A stretch of 63,759 nt of DNA, filler included, from Choristocarpus tenellus KU-1152 (GCA_964200185.2; 10 parts of 10 records of this genome joined end to end with filler, not necessarily neighbours in it); one strand, 5' to 3'. Positions 15,407 to 28,711 are shown, counted from the first letter of the whole stretch. Program-made: numbers and translations. The notes: generated by a model not told the origin, from the letters alone.

Positions 15407-16319
15407 CTCTCTGATGGGATCTGTCTTGATTGTCACAAGTGCTTTGATTCGGGCAACTTCAAGTGGTGCCTCAAACATGAGTTAGAGCTGGTTTTGATAT
15501 TTGATTCTGAGGCTTTTTTGACAAGCGGCGGCTCGTATGTGAGGTAGAGCTGGTTTTAATATTTGATTCTGAGACTTTTTTGACAAGCAGCGGCTCAAAT
15601 GTGAGTCAGAGCTGGTTTTGGTATTTGATTCTTAGGCTTTCTTGACAAGCGGCGGCTCAAACGTGAGTTAGAGCTGGTTTTGATATTTGATTCTGAGGCT
15701 CTTACGAATCGTGGCCGCGCTGTTGGTGTAATGTTTATTTTTTTTTTCACTATAAAAAAATCTTGTGTGAGAGGAGTGCTCCCATATGTATCTCTGAACC
15801 GGCTCTATCAATTACTGTACACTATGTGTGGGCAATGAAGGGAAGAGGGCACTGAGAGGTCGTTGTTAGGTGGTTCAAAGTTATTACGTATATTTGAGTA
15901 TCATCGTTATATTTTTTAGTTTTATATATATATAAATATTTTTTGTTCTCAGACTTGATGTACTTTTTATTGTTCTACTTTTTGCATTGATTTCTTATTT
16001 TTCATTTTGTACGTAATATTTCATGTGCTGCTCCGGGCACACTAATTTCTGTGGATTTGAATTTCTGTTCTGTTCCAGATGTCTTTCTTTTGAATGGGTG
16101 CAGCATGGGTTGTTTTGACTCTATCTTATGTTTCTACAAGACCAGCAAGAGGTCATTTGAACTTTTGCTTAAAAAAGAAAGTCAATAATGTGCTGGTACT
16201 TTATATTTCTATTTTTCAGGGAAGAGCTGGCTCTATCTGCTGTGAGGGAGGAAGGTCTCAAGGTAGATCTCCAGAGGGGAAAGGAGAGGGAAGAGAACTT
16301 GCACAGGATGGTGTTGGAG
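14602..16319 (+). CDS. Two exons (14602-14703, 16220-16319) of a coiled-coil protein gene, partial
   Basis: tgtgcag|G...GCAAG|gtatgg and tttttcag|G...GAG|gtaaat join in phase to give RVTFLADALERVEKGLEYEKQRAQAAEDGAQRAR-EELALSAVREEGLKVDLQRGKEREENLHRMVLE, an E/R/L heptad-like sequence. Confidence 0.75.
14990..15271. mobile_element. MITE family B (poly-G/C subterminal), intronic
   Basis: TIR ggctcgaagtatctgggg ... ccccagatactttgggtc; TSD TCT/TCT; internally similar to 35353-35535, 46268-46455 and 55227-55403. Confidence 0.85.
15461..15700. repeat. 62-bp minisatellite, ~4 copies
   Basis: gagctggtttt recurs at 15485, 15547, 15609 and 15671. Confidence 0.9.
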
Positions 16320-16499
16320 GTAAATGTCTACTGTATGTTTTATTGTACTGTGGAAAATGTGTGAATAGAGAATTGTGTATTATCTAGGCTAATGAAATGA
16401 CTTCAGTTTTTGTTTAATAACCAATAGGATAAATGGATTCATCTTCTTGTTGTTCTTTTTCTGAATTGTATGTTGGACTTTCCTCTGTTGTTTGATGTA

Positions 16500-16648
16500 G
16501 TGTAAGGTCAAGAACCATCATGCTGTGAGAAATCATCTTCAAGGACTGTTGTACCATCATACAATGCGGAGTACCTTAATGTGTATCACTACTATTGTTA
16601 TTGTTATTATTAATGATATTATTGTTATTACTATTATTGTTGTTATTG

Positions 16649-16691
<43 letters not shown>

Positions 16692-16900
16692 CTAGGGTAC
16701 CACTGTGGAGTGTGCCATTACTTACTGTGCCATCATGTAGAGTACCATCTTACAAGTATAAAGTCATCATAGAGTGGACCAACACACCATCATATAGTTT
16801 ATCATTTTATCAGTTATATAATGTACCATGACATGGTCGACCATCTTGTGAAGTACCATCATGTAGTCTACAATGTTATAGTATACCAAGCATCATACAT
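16500..16900. repeat. Degenerate short repeat (gtaccatc-like motif) interrupted by a (TTA/TTG)n microsatellite at ~16593-16691
   Basis: More than ten accatc/gtacca/gccatc motifs at irregular short spacing. Confidence 0.6.
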
Positions 16901-18242
16901 ATATATATATAGGAGGATTTATTCCCAGCACACACCAGCTCCTACATCATCAACTCCGCCTGGTGCTACCTTCCCCATCCTCCCCCCTTCCACCCTGCGG
17001 ACACCAAAGCCCCATTGGTTCTGCCTGAACATGTCCCTACATTGTACCTCTTTGCTGCATGCCTCCCCCCCCCCACATCCTCCCCNNNNNNNNNNNNNNN
17101 NNNNNNNNNNNNNNNNNNNNNNNNNNNNNTTAATTAATTAANNNNNNNNNNNNNNNNNNNNNNNNNNNNNNNNNNNNNNNNNNNNCCCCCCACCACCGAG
17201 GGCTGTGCTCACTCCACTAATAAACATATCCATACCACACAAAGCAAAATACTCTACTTGAGGAGTTCTCTTTTGCATAATCCTGGGCTAATCATTTCAG
17301 TCTTTGTTCGGATTGCAAGTTGCAGTAAAGGGGAATGGTGTGTATCGGCGGCTACAACTATCTAAGCTGCTTTTCTTCCAGCAACAGCTCTCTTGTACAG
17401 CATAACCACTTCTATATTTCCATAAGATCCCCATATTGAGCCATGATAGACCTATCTTCCGCAAAAGTCAGATATTGCAACATACAAAAAAACGCGTTGA
17501 CTTTGAAAATCTTCTGTGACCTATGCCACGTGGTCTAATTGTTGTGTGCCCTTGACAAACAATGAGCTTGAAAGAAAATGCAGCAGAAACACCATGCAGC
17601 GCCAGTCAACCAATCAATTGTCAATATTTGCCAACTGCACACTAAATAAATGTGCTACTATCTAGTCCTACAACATTCGACCTCAGTCCTGATTACTAAG
17701 TGCAATTTGTAAATTCAAAACGAAGCATGGGACAAAATGGGGCATTCCCCATTATAACAACTGAGAAGGTACACCTATACTTACATGTATCCAGGATAAC
17801 ATGTACAAGTTGGGTGCTCAACACAGGCCAAAGCAAAATCTCAGGAACATGAAAAGTGCTGCTTCCAATACCAGGGAACCACTCCGAACATTTTGCTCTA
17901 TTCTGCAACTATATAGTTGTTTGCCACCAAAATTTGCATGACTTCAAACCAAACAACTACTGCTGACGACTTTGATGCTCTCACAGACTTAGTTACACTA
18001 ACGAAGTGGACTGTGTATCAAAGAAGCACCTGTCTGATAAATGATCCCTGTGGTTTCTTGTTGTATTGCATCCAATGTGCTTGCCCATGTACCTTCTTCA
18101 TGTTTTGTGTAAACATCCCACTAGCACAGCTCCTTTACACCTCTCAACACACAAGACACAAGGTGATGAAATAATCACAATAGTTCCTTCCAGCCAATGC
18201 TCAACTACACATGCACATGGTCAAGGAGGGCCAGGAGAGACA

Positions 18243-18392
18243 TCAAGTATTTCCTACTGGCACAGCAGGAGGAGGAGCGGTAAGAGGACGAGCAGAGAGT
18301 TCCTCCAATAAATCCACAACAAATCCCAGACCGCCATCCCCTACAATGACCACGTCGTAGGCTGCCAGATACTTTTCCAGGCGTTCCTCGAC
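18243..18392 (-). CDS. NT5C3: Terminal exon of a pyrimidine 5'-nucleotidase (cytosolic 5'-nucleotidase III / UMPH-1, HAD family)
   Basis: cttttcag|GTC...TGA encodes VEERLEKYLAAYDVVIVGDGGLGFVVDLLEEL...*, which resembles the NT5C3 C-terminal pattern (VEExLxxYxxxFDIVLVxD). Recognised from memory; upstream exons not found in this contig. Confidence 0.75.
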   Translation of the reverse strand, partial: VEERLEKYLAAYDVVIVGDGGLGFVVDLLEELSARPLTAPPPAVPVGNT

Positions 18393-20098
18393 CTGAAAAG
18401 AGGCAGAACATTGTAATTAATAATTGGGTATATCTTGTATTGATTGCTACGTACAAGTGACACCATTCTTTCATGTGCTGCTGTGTATGGGTCAGTCCCT
18501 ACAACAAAAACATGTACCAGTTCGTAGAAAATGGAGAAAAACTCAGTAAAAAGAGTGTTGTCAGTCGTAGTGATTCAATTTTACCTCAGGAATAATCGAC
18601 ATCGAAGTGAAAGGCTCCAATTCCATGGACTATACATATGCATGCTTGCTATCTGCACTGTGTGTGTACTTCAAATCTAATTGGGCGCATTCAAAGATTA
18701 CAAGAACAAATTACTCTCCTAAACCGTTCGATTCAAAACATTAGGCAAAAAAATATAGAGTTGGACCAAAACACATGGCACTAAGGTTAATTAAAAGTTG
18801 GTTCTCAAGTATCTTAATGGTGGTAAGGGATATACATACCTACTCGAAAAAACAAAAACCCCTGAATGAATTGGGTTGATTACTCTTTAGAATTGGCTCT
18901 GTAGCACCATGAAATCACCCCTACAATAACTTGTAGGATTGCAAAGTTGATACCCTGTAGTGATTCGGTTGTCCTCATCTTCTTATCAAGTTCTATTTTT
19001 TCACATGATTGTACTGCATGATAACAACATTATCTGAATAACTCTGACAAATGCTTAGGTCTGGGAAGGACCATCAAAGACATGCTTTCTTTGCTAAATT
19101 TCCCTTACCTACTTCTCACTCTATGCATCCGACTTGCTTGTTGAGGTACCTCTTCCTCTTGCAGGAATACCTCGACAATACCTCCAAAATGTCCGAGTAT
19201 ACTGCTCTAAGAACACATGCCACCATAAGTCAGAGGGGTTCTAATAACTCAGCAGAGGCACCCCCCTTTCAGATACTTTGACTCAAGGGAAATTGCATTT
19301 TCACGGCACTCCACATGATTTAACATTTTCAAGTTGAGGCATGTGTGATGCCGTGTGTGGACTATCAAACTCAAGGGCAAGTCAGGGGACAAACCTCCTA
19401 AACAGAAAGTCTAAACTACTAAAGGCATCAAAGGGGTGGCAGGGGGCTCCCAGTTACCAGACACAACACACGAACACAAACTACGTCCTGGGTCAAGCAT
19501 CCACTCAATAATGTTTGCCAGTATGGTAAAAAAACTAGGGCATGCCTGTCCATGGGTTCAATTATCTACTAGTCAGCGCCTAGTAATAGCTACTACAATG
19601 TTAATAAATGACTGTCAGAGAAGTGTCCCTGAAAATATAATATGTGGGAAAGGGGACGAGAGGTTCTACCGCCGAAAAGCGCTCAGCTTTCAGTACTGCT
19701 CAAATAATGAGCCTGAATGGCATTGCAAAACCAAACCAAAAAACGAAACACCCCTAGAAAATAGTCCTCCCACTCACTTCAGTGGTCTTCCCTCCCCAGT
19801 CCCTCTTAAATGTAAGGCACTATCTGGTATAGGACTGACGTGAGCAGAACAAAGGGCGGAGTGTTTTGGCGGAGTGCTTTCGAACAATTGACTACCCGAA
19901 TAATTTAGGTCAGTTTGGTTGATTAGGCACTACTATAACCGCCTCCAACTGACCAACTTGAACAGAAATCAAACTTTATTGTAACTGTAACTGTCCCCTA
20001 CAATAAAGTTTGATACGGCGCAGTTACATTCTTCAGTAACCCAAGCAACTTTTTCTTTCAAGCTATTCATGACACTGTGCCTCTTCGCCTCTTTCATA

Positions 20099-20294
20099 GA
20101 CCCAAAGTATCTGGGAGGTGTGTGTGTTGGGGGGGGGCCTACACTAGGGTGTCCATTTTTGGGTCAAAATCAGGAAAAGTGCATTTGCAGTAACCGTCCG
20201 ACGTATGCAACCAAATCACCCAAAAATCACGACATGAAAAAATTGACCCCCAAATGGACAGCCGCCATCCCCCCCCCCCCCCACCAAACGAAAC
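20099..20294. mobile_element. MITE family B, truncated at contig end
   Basis: gacccaaagtatctggg terminus and family B interior; breaks in a poly-C run. Confidence 0.8.
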
Positions 20295-21519
20295 NNNNNN
20301 NNNNNNNNNNNNNNNNNNNNNNNNNNNNNNNNNNNNNNTTAATTAATTAANNNNNNNNNNNNNNNNNNNNNNNNNNNNNNNNNNNNNNNNNNNNTGTATC
20401 CATCCCCATCCCATCCCCACCCCCATCCCAAAACAAATTGGGATGGGGGTGGGGAAAGTTCGCGCCTCCTTGCTGCAAAACAGCACTATCACTGTAGAAA
20501 AAAAATACATTGAAGGTGTGTGCTTACAACAACGTATCTGGTGATAGAAAACCTACACACAAAAAGCAGTAGTTTGAATCAGAATCATGACTTGCACCAT
20601 TTCCAAGACAGGTTACCTGTTGTGTTCATTTTGTTCTGAGTTGTTGAGGGCCATCTACTTCAAAATATCGTACTTCAAGCTCTCCGTTTTATAAATCGCA
20701 AACAACGCCTACTAAGTGTATACTCTTACAGAAGGAACTAAGAGGTAGGCATCAATACTCGCCTCATGGGGTGCCTTTCCTCAAAATCTTTTTAATAGGA
20801 AAGCTTCCACTTCTTTTGAAACTCTTCACTGCATCATTCACAAACCGATACATTGTGAGGGCTTTGAAAGATCACAACCCTGGTGTCCCACAGGTACACG
20901 TTTCGTCTGCAGGGTAGTCCTAGCTGCCACATAGTTGGGGTGGGAGCTGAGTCATTTCCTTCAGGGTTGCCTATTTGGGCATGCCATAATCTTGACCTGA
21001 TGACACCCAACAAGGCAACGGTTCTTCCATGAGGTAGCTGGGGACTACGCACAGAGCCCCCACAGTATCAGGTTCACACAGTTCAAAGTTGTGAAGGAAG
21101 TACAAGTGACCCCAAACAAGGGTATCACAATTGGGACTCTGAGGGCTTTGCAGTAAGGTGTACCATGGGGAAGCACATACTCGGAAAGAACATGGGCAAG
21201 GGTCCAAAAGCCTTGGAAGGGGAAGAAGACAAAGGTCAAGTTACTGGCCATGAGCAAAGATGTCAGATGTGCTCAGCTGAAGAAGCTGAAGCTGACGGTA
21301 GCTGAAGATGGATGAAGAGGATGAAGAGAGTGAGCTGAGGGAGGAGAACCTCATTGCTCCTCCTGGGACTGGAGAAGATGTAGACTAAAAGGCAGATGGA
21401 GACATGGCAGCCTGTGAGCAGATTTAAAGAGATAATGAGCTCAAAAACCTCCAATGCTTCAATTCTTAAGTGAACCAATAATCAGTTAACTACAAGGCCT
21501 GGAAAGTCAGTCCCACACA

Positions 21520-21792
21520 GACCTAAAGCATTCAAGAGGGTAGGGGTCTTGCCCTATTTGTCCGTTTGGGGCTTGGCTTCCCACAGGCTTTTTTATGCCC
21601 TTTTTTTCGGTTTTCTGTTTGAACACAGTTACCTACAACGTGTAGGACTACGAAAGGCGTGTCTGGAACAAGGATATTGTCACTTGCTAACAAACACGAT
21701 AGCCAAAATTGCATCAAAATCACATCAAAATCACATTATTGGATTTTGGACTCCAAACGGATGCGGCCCTACCCTCTTAAATGCTTTGACTC
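21520..21792. mobile_element. MITE family A (~260 bp), diverged copy
   Basis: gacctaaagcattcaagagggta ... taccctcttaaatgctttgactc; TSD ACA/ACA. Confidence 0.85.
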
Positions 21793-24700
21793 ACAGTAAC
21801 GTGCAGGGATACATATTATAATTATTCAGTGTCTGCTGTGAGCAAAACGCGCCAAATATCTGTGCTATCTATCCTTTTCGTGCCTTGTACACCAAATACT
21901 ACACCAAATACTCAAAAACGCCTCACTGCTACCCCAACAGAAAAGGCTGGCAGTTCTTGAGCCCTCCGTCATTCCCAAGAGCACCTCTTACATCCACACA
22001 AGCGCCTTAACATTAACTCTCTGCCAAGACATGATCCCCCATGCAAAACACAAAAAAACGTCGCTAATTCGCCTTGTCTCATCACATCCTGGATCGCCTT
22101 ATTAAGCTTTACTCTCCATTTCTGAATTCTCCTTTCTCATGCCCCGTCCACCAAATCTCCCAATCAACCTTCCATGCATCCTTTTCATCCCGAAAACATG
22201 GACCAATCATCGTTGCTATTGGTCACTTCCTCAGGACACTTCAAGGATCTCTCGCCTAGGCATGGGTGGACAATCTTCAAATGGTGACAGAACCAAAAAT
22301 TACAACAGAAACCCTTTCGGGATTATTCACCTCGTTCCTGGGGGCACCTCTTCTAGACATGCTCCTTTCCCAGCAATGAGCAATTTCCACTCCATTCCAA
22401 CAAACTCAAAACACCTGTGGTAGCATCATACAATATGCTACCATACCTACCCAAACTCCAATTATTCCACTCAAACCATCAGATGCCCGCTACCCTCAGG
22501 CTTTCACCTCATATATTTCTTATCCAAATTGAGCAAGAATTGAGAAGCTATTGATTGCCATATGACCCACCCCCTTAATTCTGTATTAGTGTGCACTTCG
22601 ATAATCAATACTGCATGATACATCATTTTCTTGCTTTGATTTTTTTCAAAAAAAAAGAAGTGGAATAAGTTATTCTGCTCACTTTCAACATAAAAGATCT
22701 AAATATTTGGAGTCCTTTCACGCACAACCATGACCAAATGTTGCACCTGGTGGTGAATGAGTAACTCAAAACTAAAGACTAGTCTCTTCCTTCACTCCAA
22801 AGCAGCTACAAAAACGCCACCTCAGGCATTGTCATACATTATCAGCAGCTGTGATACAGGCTGCAATCGGGCCTGCCCAAGCTGTTGATGCCGCCTCTGA
22901 AGAAGTTTGCAGACAAATTAGGATATTCAAAGACCAGCAGAGCAACTGAGGATTCATTCTAGACTTCCTCAGGGACAACATCATTAACCCTGGCAGTCTC
23001 AATGACAGAAGCCTGTCACAAGGCTGCAAGCACGGCTTTGATCCTACTATCAATTATTTGCTTGCCCACACTCATCAGCCTCTCTCTCTCTCTCTGTGTG
23101 TTGTCATGAAACCATTTTTTTTTTTAAAGGGACAGTTTTCACTATCTCGGTTGAATAAAGTTTTGTGTCCACGATTTCTTGTGCAAGAAAGATAGATCCC
23201 CTTAACACCATTCAAAAAAGGACCCATTACCTTTACTCATTACCTCTACCAGTCCTCCTCTTCGGAGTCAAAATCCAACAACAGCAGTCTCAAAAGCAAG
23301 CAAGTTTACTTCGTTCGTGTTTGGCAATGGCACCTAAAAACATCAGTTACCACCAAGTCAAAGTGTTGTTAGAAACCATCGTGAAACTACTGACAGCTAA
23401 CGAAAGGTGAAAGACCGATGTTTGCACACGAAGCCCACATAAACATGTACAGAACTGATGTAGATGTTCAATGCATTAGGTAATCCTTTGGCTGCTGCCA
23501 GAGGACACAGCAGGGACATACAGGGACCATCTCAGCACGATCATCCTGTTCAGTGCTGTAATGGAGCTGCGCTTGGCAATCTGTTGTTTATACAATATCT
23601 CATCCTTTTCTTTGCTTTAGTCCAGGGGCTATTACCCTATGCCATGGTCAGAGTCACCACGTACTGCACTACTTTTCATACTAACTAGTGGCACTGTTGT
23701 AGCTGATTGTCCCGCCCACATTCATGCCTTGCTCTCATGCGTTGAGCTCAGTCATCCCACCGCTCGTCACTCCACCTCCTCCCTCAAATCTTGTGCTGGA
23801 CTTGCCAGGCCTACAGTCAGCAACGAAGACTTGCCACCTCAATCTTGGTCCAGCGCTTGGTGGTGTAAGTGACAGATAGGAGAACCAAATATCTGGGGGG
23901 GGGGGGGGGGGGGGGGGGCAACACAGGGGGGGGGCCAAACAAGGAGGGTCTTTTGGGCACAAAAAAAAAAAAAGGCCANNNNNNNNNNNNNNNNNNNNNN
24001 NNNNNNNNNNNNNNNNNNNNNNTTAATTAATTAANNNNNNNNNNNNNNNNNNNNNNNNNNNNNNNNNNNNNNNNNNNNCCCCCCCTTCCTGCCTTACATA
24101 TATTCTAAGTGTTGTTTTTTATATATATTTTTTTAATCTTTGCAGTCGCTACTCGATGACTTTCTTTATTATTTTATTATTATTATATTATGGTATGTAA
24201 TGTCTTGAGGTGCTGAAGTGTTTCAGATGGCTTAGAAAAGTCAAAAGAAAAGTCAAAGAAGTCAAAGAAGAAGTCACTACTTCATTTATTACCGTCGTTG
24301 TAGTGGTAGTTGTAGTAGTTGTGGTAGTTGTGGTTTTGTAGGTACAATTGGCGTTACTGTCATTGGAACATTTTTTTGTTACTTGAGTTTGCCTTGTTTG
24401 GGGCGATGTAGGTAGAATATTAATTTTTTTGTGATACATTTTTCGTTTTTTAGTTTTAATTTAATTATTTCAAATTATTTTAGTTTAGTTTAGTTTAGTT
24501 TAGTTAGTTTATTTATATCGTGTGTAATTTTGTTTTGTATGTTTGAATCATGTGGTGAAGTCCATTGAGAGGTAGGTAGGTAGGTAGGTAGGTAGTGACG
24601 GTGACAGGAAAACACCTATCAAGGACACGAAAACTGTAATAATTTTCTGCACATCGTTGATATCATTATCATTCCTAATCTTTCGTGAGTAGTCTTGTGT

Positions 24701-24981
24701 AGGTTGCATTGCAACGACCTCTACTAAGAGGTGTACCTCATGTTGACATAGAATGCCACTCGATGATCTACAACTCCCAACACAAATTTTCTTGTTTTTG
24801 TTTTTTGTCGAAAATGATAATAATAATGTGTATTAAAATTAAAATAGTTATAAAAATATATTAAGAAAAAAATATTACATAAATTTATCATTGTTTTTGA
24901 TCAGCCCCTACAGCGTTTGTCGTTTTGACTCATCATTGTTTTTTTCTTACTGATTATTGATTTTTTTATTTTTTTGTGTAG

Positions 24982-27900
24982 GTGTACCGCCTTGTCACAG
25001 AAAATACCATTGAGGAGAAGGTGGTGGAACGTGCACAGCAGAAGTTGAAGTTGGATGCCATGGTGGTCCAGCAGGGGCAGCTGCAGGGGGACCAGAAGAT
25101 GAACAAAGATCAACTCCTTGACGCGGTTAGGTGAGGGTGAGGGTTAGGGTTAGGGTTATGGAGGTATAGTGCACACACAGAGAGAGACAGAGAAGGAGAT
25201 GTAGAGAGAGAGAGAGTTAGGTTAGGGTTAGGGTTATGGAGGTATAGCACACGCATACACAGAGACAGAGAAGGAGGTGTAGAGAGAGAGTTAGGGTTGG
25301 GTTAGGGTTAGGGTTAGGGTTATGGAGGCATAGCACACACATACAGAGACAGAGACAGACAGAGAAGGAGATGTAGACAGAGGGGAAAGGGAGAGGGGGG
25401 TTTTGTTTTGAATTTTTTTTTGTAGGGTAAGAGAGGAATGGACGTTTTGCTGTCAGCGCCTCAGCTGCAGGTGAGGGTAGTGTTCATTGCTCAAGCGCTG
25501 TTCTGAAGTGCTTTGAGGTCACCCTGTAGTGCTACAGAGGGCTACGGAGTGCTGCGGATTGATGCTGATGTTGTTGTCAGATTTGAATTTTTATAGTGAA
25601 TTTTCTTCACTACTAGGTGGACTCAAAGGGATTGGAAGTCTCCCTTGTAGTGTTACAGAGTGATGCTGACGTTGTTATTGGGGTTGATGTTTTGGTCAGT
25701 TCTGTCGATCATTTAGTTGGTGGTATTTGCTTTTTTGCAGTGAAGTGGGCATGTGATTGTATCTATCTCTTCAAAATGACTCACCTGTCAGATATTATCA
25801 TTTCTTTTAACAGGATTTTTTGTTTTTTATATTTTATATAGGATTTTTTTTGCAGAAGAGTTTTGACACCTCCGTGCTTCAAGAAAGTGAGGAGGAAATT
25901 GAAGTTTATTTTTCAAATCGTATTTATTGTTCTTTTTTTATCACCATCTCCATAAATTGCTGTATTTTTTATTTTTTGACATTGCCTCCCCTTCCAATAA
26001 AAGTCAAGTTCGTCTTGGTGACACAAACTGCCTTACATCATAGTACAAAATTACTACACTTGCAATTTTTCTCACAACATTCTTATATAAGTATTATATA
26101 TATTTAAATATTTTACACTGTAACGAAATTGTACTTGCAATTTTTATTTTTATTTTTGTATTAATTAAAATATATATTTGGATATCTTACACTATAATGA
26201 AGTTGTACTTTCTATTTTTATTTTTGTATGAATTAAAATATGTATTTGGATATCTTACACTGTAATGAAATTGTACTTTCTATTTTTATTTTTGTATGAA
26301 TTAAAATATGTATTTGGATATTTTACACTATAATGAAGTTGTACTTTCTATTTTTATTTTTGTATGAATTAAAATATGTATTTGGATATCTTACACTATA
26401 ATGAAATTGTACTTTCTATTTTTATTTTTGTATGAATTAAAATATGTATTTGGATATCTTACACTGTAATGAAATTGTACTTTCTATTTTTATTTTGTAT
26501 GAATTAAAATATGTATGCATGAATATCTTACACTATAATGAAGTTGTACTTTCTATTTTTATTATTGTATGAATTAAAATATGTATTTGGACATCTTACA
26601 CTATAATGAAATTGTACTTTCTATATTTATTATTGTATGAATTAGAATATGTATTTGGGATATCTTACACTATAATGAAATTGTACTTTCTATATTTATT
26701 ATTGTATGAATTAAAATATGTATTTGAATATCTTACACTATAATGAAATTGTACTTTCTATATTTATTATTGTATGAATTAAAATATGTATTTGGATATC
26801 TTACACTAATGAAATTATACTTTTTATTTTTATTATTGTATGATTTTTATTTTTAAAAGGTTTGGTGCAGATGACGTGTTTCGATCGAAGGATTCTACAA
26901 TTACTGATGAGGATATCGATGCCATTCTAGAGAGGGGTGCCAAGAAGACAGAGGAGTTGAATTCCAAGCTACAGAAGGCCGAGAAGGGAGATATGCTCAA
27001 CTTTGCTCTTGATGGAGGGGGTCTCAGTGTTCAGGTGAAGTCGAGAGACCTACTGACACTACGGATGGAGGGGGTGGTAGTGGTTTTTGGTTGTATTTAA
27101 TCTTCTTGGGTGAAAAAAAATTAGGTAAAAAATATATTATTCTTTTTTAGGTGAAAAAATATTATTCTTTTCTATGTACAGGTTTGCGTACTTGGTAGTA
27201 GTGGTAGTAGTAGCAGTAGTAGTAGTAGTAGTAATGGACAATAGTTGTAAATGAGAGTGATAGTATTATGTTTTGTTGTGTTTTTTTGAATTGTTTATTT
27301 TTTTATTGTGTTTTTTGAAACCTGAACGTGTAGATTTAAAAAAATAAAAATACATTAGAATTTGATTCTTAGCACGGCATAGAATGAATTTTTTTTTTTT
27401 TTCTCGTATTTATTATTCTTAGTGTGCGCGCTATTGGGATGTGAGAGGGGTTCAAGTATTTTTGAAGTACAGTACAAGTTTAATAATTAATAATTAATAA
27501 CAACTTGAAGAAAGTGGTAGTTACGTAATGGGTTCAGATCATACCAACAGTGGTGTATGTCTTACTGACCTGACCCACTGGTACTTACCTCAGTTGTTTT
27601 TTTTACATGATCTGTATACTGCGCTATTTTTGGATACTTTAACATGATACACTTTTCCGGTCAATCGCCTTCTATACTTCTTCCTCACTCTTCCCACCCC
27701 CCCTCCCTTCCCTTCCCTCCCCTCCCCCCTCCCTCCACCCCCACATATCTCCCTTTGCTCTACTGATGTGATACGATATGATATGATATGATTGATGTGG
27801 TGTGGTATGATGGGATGGGATGGGATGGGATGGGACGCTCTTCTTCTCAGGAGTTTGAGGGTGTGGACTACAAGGACAAGAGCGTTAGGGAACAGATTCG

Positions 27901-28636
27901 GGTTGGGTTTATTGATGTTGGCAAGAGGGAGAGACGACCAGCTAATTCTCAGGCGTACACCCCCAGCATGCGTGTTGGTGAGAGACTGTATTCATATTCA
28001 TTATATTCATATTCATAGAATGTTCTGCGATGACATGGAATGGACCTGAGTGTGGACTGTTGGTACATGAGAACACTCAAGAAGTACCTACTTGCTGGTA
28101 GTACGGTTTGGAATAGGCTGGTACAGGTACAGTCCGTCCTTGGTAATTTTGGATATGGTGTATAGCATTCAAAGATACCATACATACCATATATACATAC
28201 ATCCATAATGCTATGTTTTTATTATTTTTACAAGCTTGTAGTATTGATACAATTCTTCTTTCGACATGAAGAACAATTGCAACGCTGGTGTTTTGGGTTT
28301 TTTTTTTGTCAAGAATTATACTTTTTTTCTGTTCCATGGAATCGAAATTGAAACAGTACCGTTCTTTCTCGGTAACAATTCTGTGCTGGATCATTATTGT
28401 CCTTTCTGTCTCTTGAAGCATAATATAGATTCAAGAATAGATTTGAGTGATTAATTTTTATTTTTATTTTTATTTTCTTCTCCTTATTGCTATCGGTTTC
28501 AGATGTGAAGAAGACTAACCTCAAGCAGCTTCCAAAGTGTCTGCACCTGCCACACATGAAGGAGCATCACCTATTTGATAGGCAGCGTCTCATGGAAATT
28601 CAAGACCAACTTGCTGTCAGGTTTAAGGAGCTTAAG
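24982..28636 (+). CDS. ISWI: ISWI/SNF2-family chromatin-remodelling ATPase, four internal exons (24982-25130, 26860-27034, 27851-27977, 28503-28636)
   Basis: All GT-AG and phase-consistent: [32 protein letters not shown]...[38 protein letters not shown]...-EFEGVDYK...GKRERR...[18 protein letters not shown]. This is the ISWI helicase C-terminus leading into the HAND region. Confidence 0.93.
25131..25380 (+). repeat. Three ~80-bp compound repeats, each (TTAGGG)n + atggaggtatagcac + (CA)/(AG) microsatellite, at the 5' end of an ISWI intron
   Basis: gggttatggagg at ~25153, 25231 and 25317, each preceded by telomere-type GGGTTA runs. Confidence 0.85.
26107..26845. repeat. AT-rich 68-bp minisatellite, 11 copies, intronic
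   Basis: ttacac recurs at ~68-bp spacing from ~26113 to ~26801. Confidence 0.95.
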
Positions 28637-28664
28637 GTTGGTGATGCAGATATATATATATATA

Positions 28665-28682
28665 CATACATACATACATACA

Positions 28683-28711
<29 letters not shown>
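28665..28711. repeat. (TACA)n microsatellite
   Basis: Direct reading. Confidence 0.9.

Noticed and set aside
15461-15700. Regularly spaced repeats (also 26107-26845 and 51890-52112) as CRISPR-like arrays
   Set aside because: Whole units are repeated with no unique spacers, there are no cas-like ORFs, and the context is eukaryotic; they are minisatellites.
16595-16831. Poly-Leu signal-peptide-like ORF
   Set aside because: Translation of a (TTA/TTG)n microsatellite.
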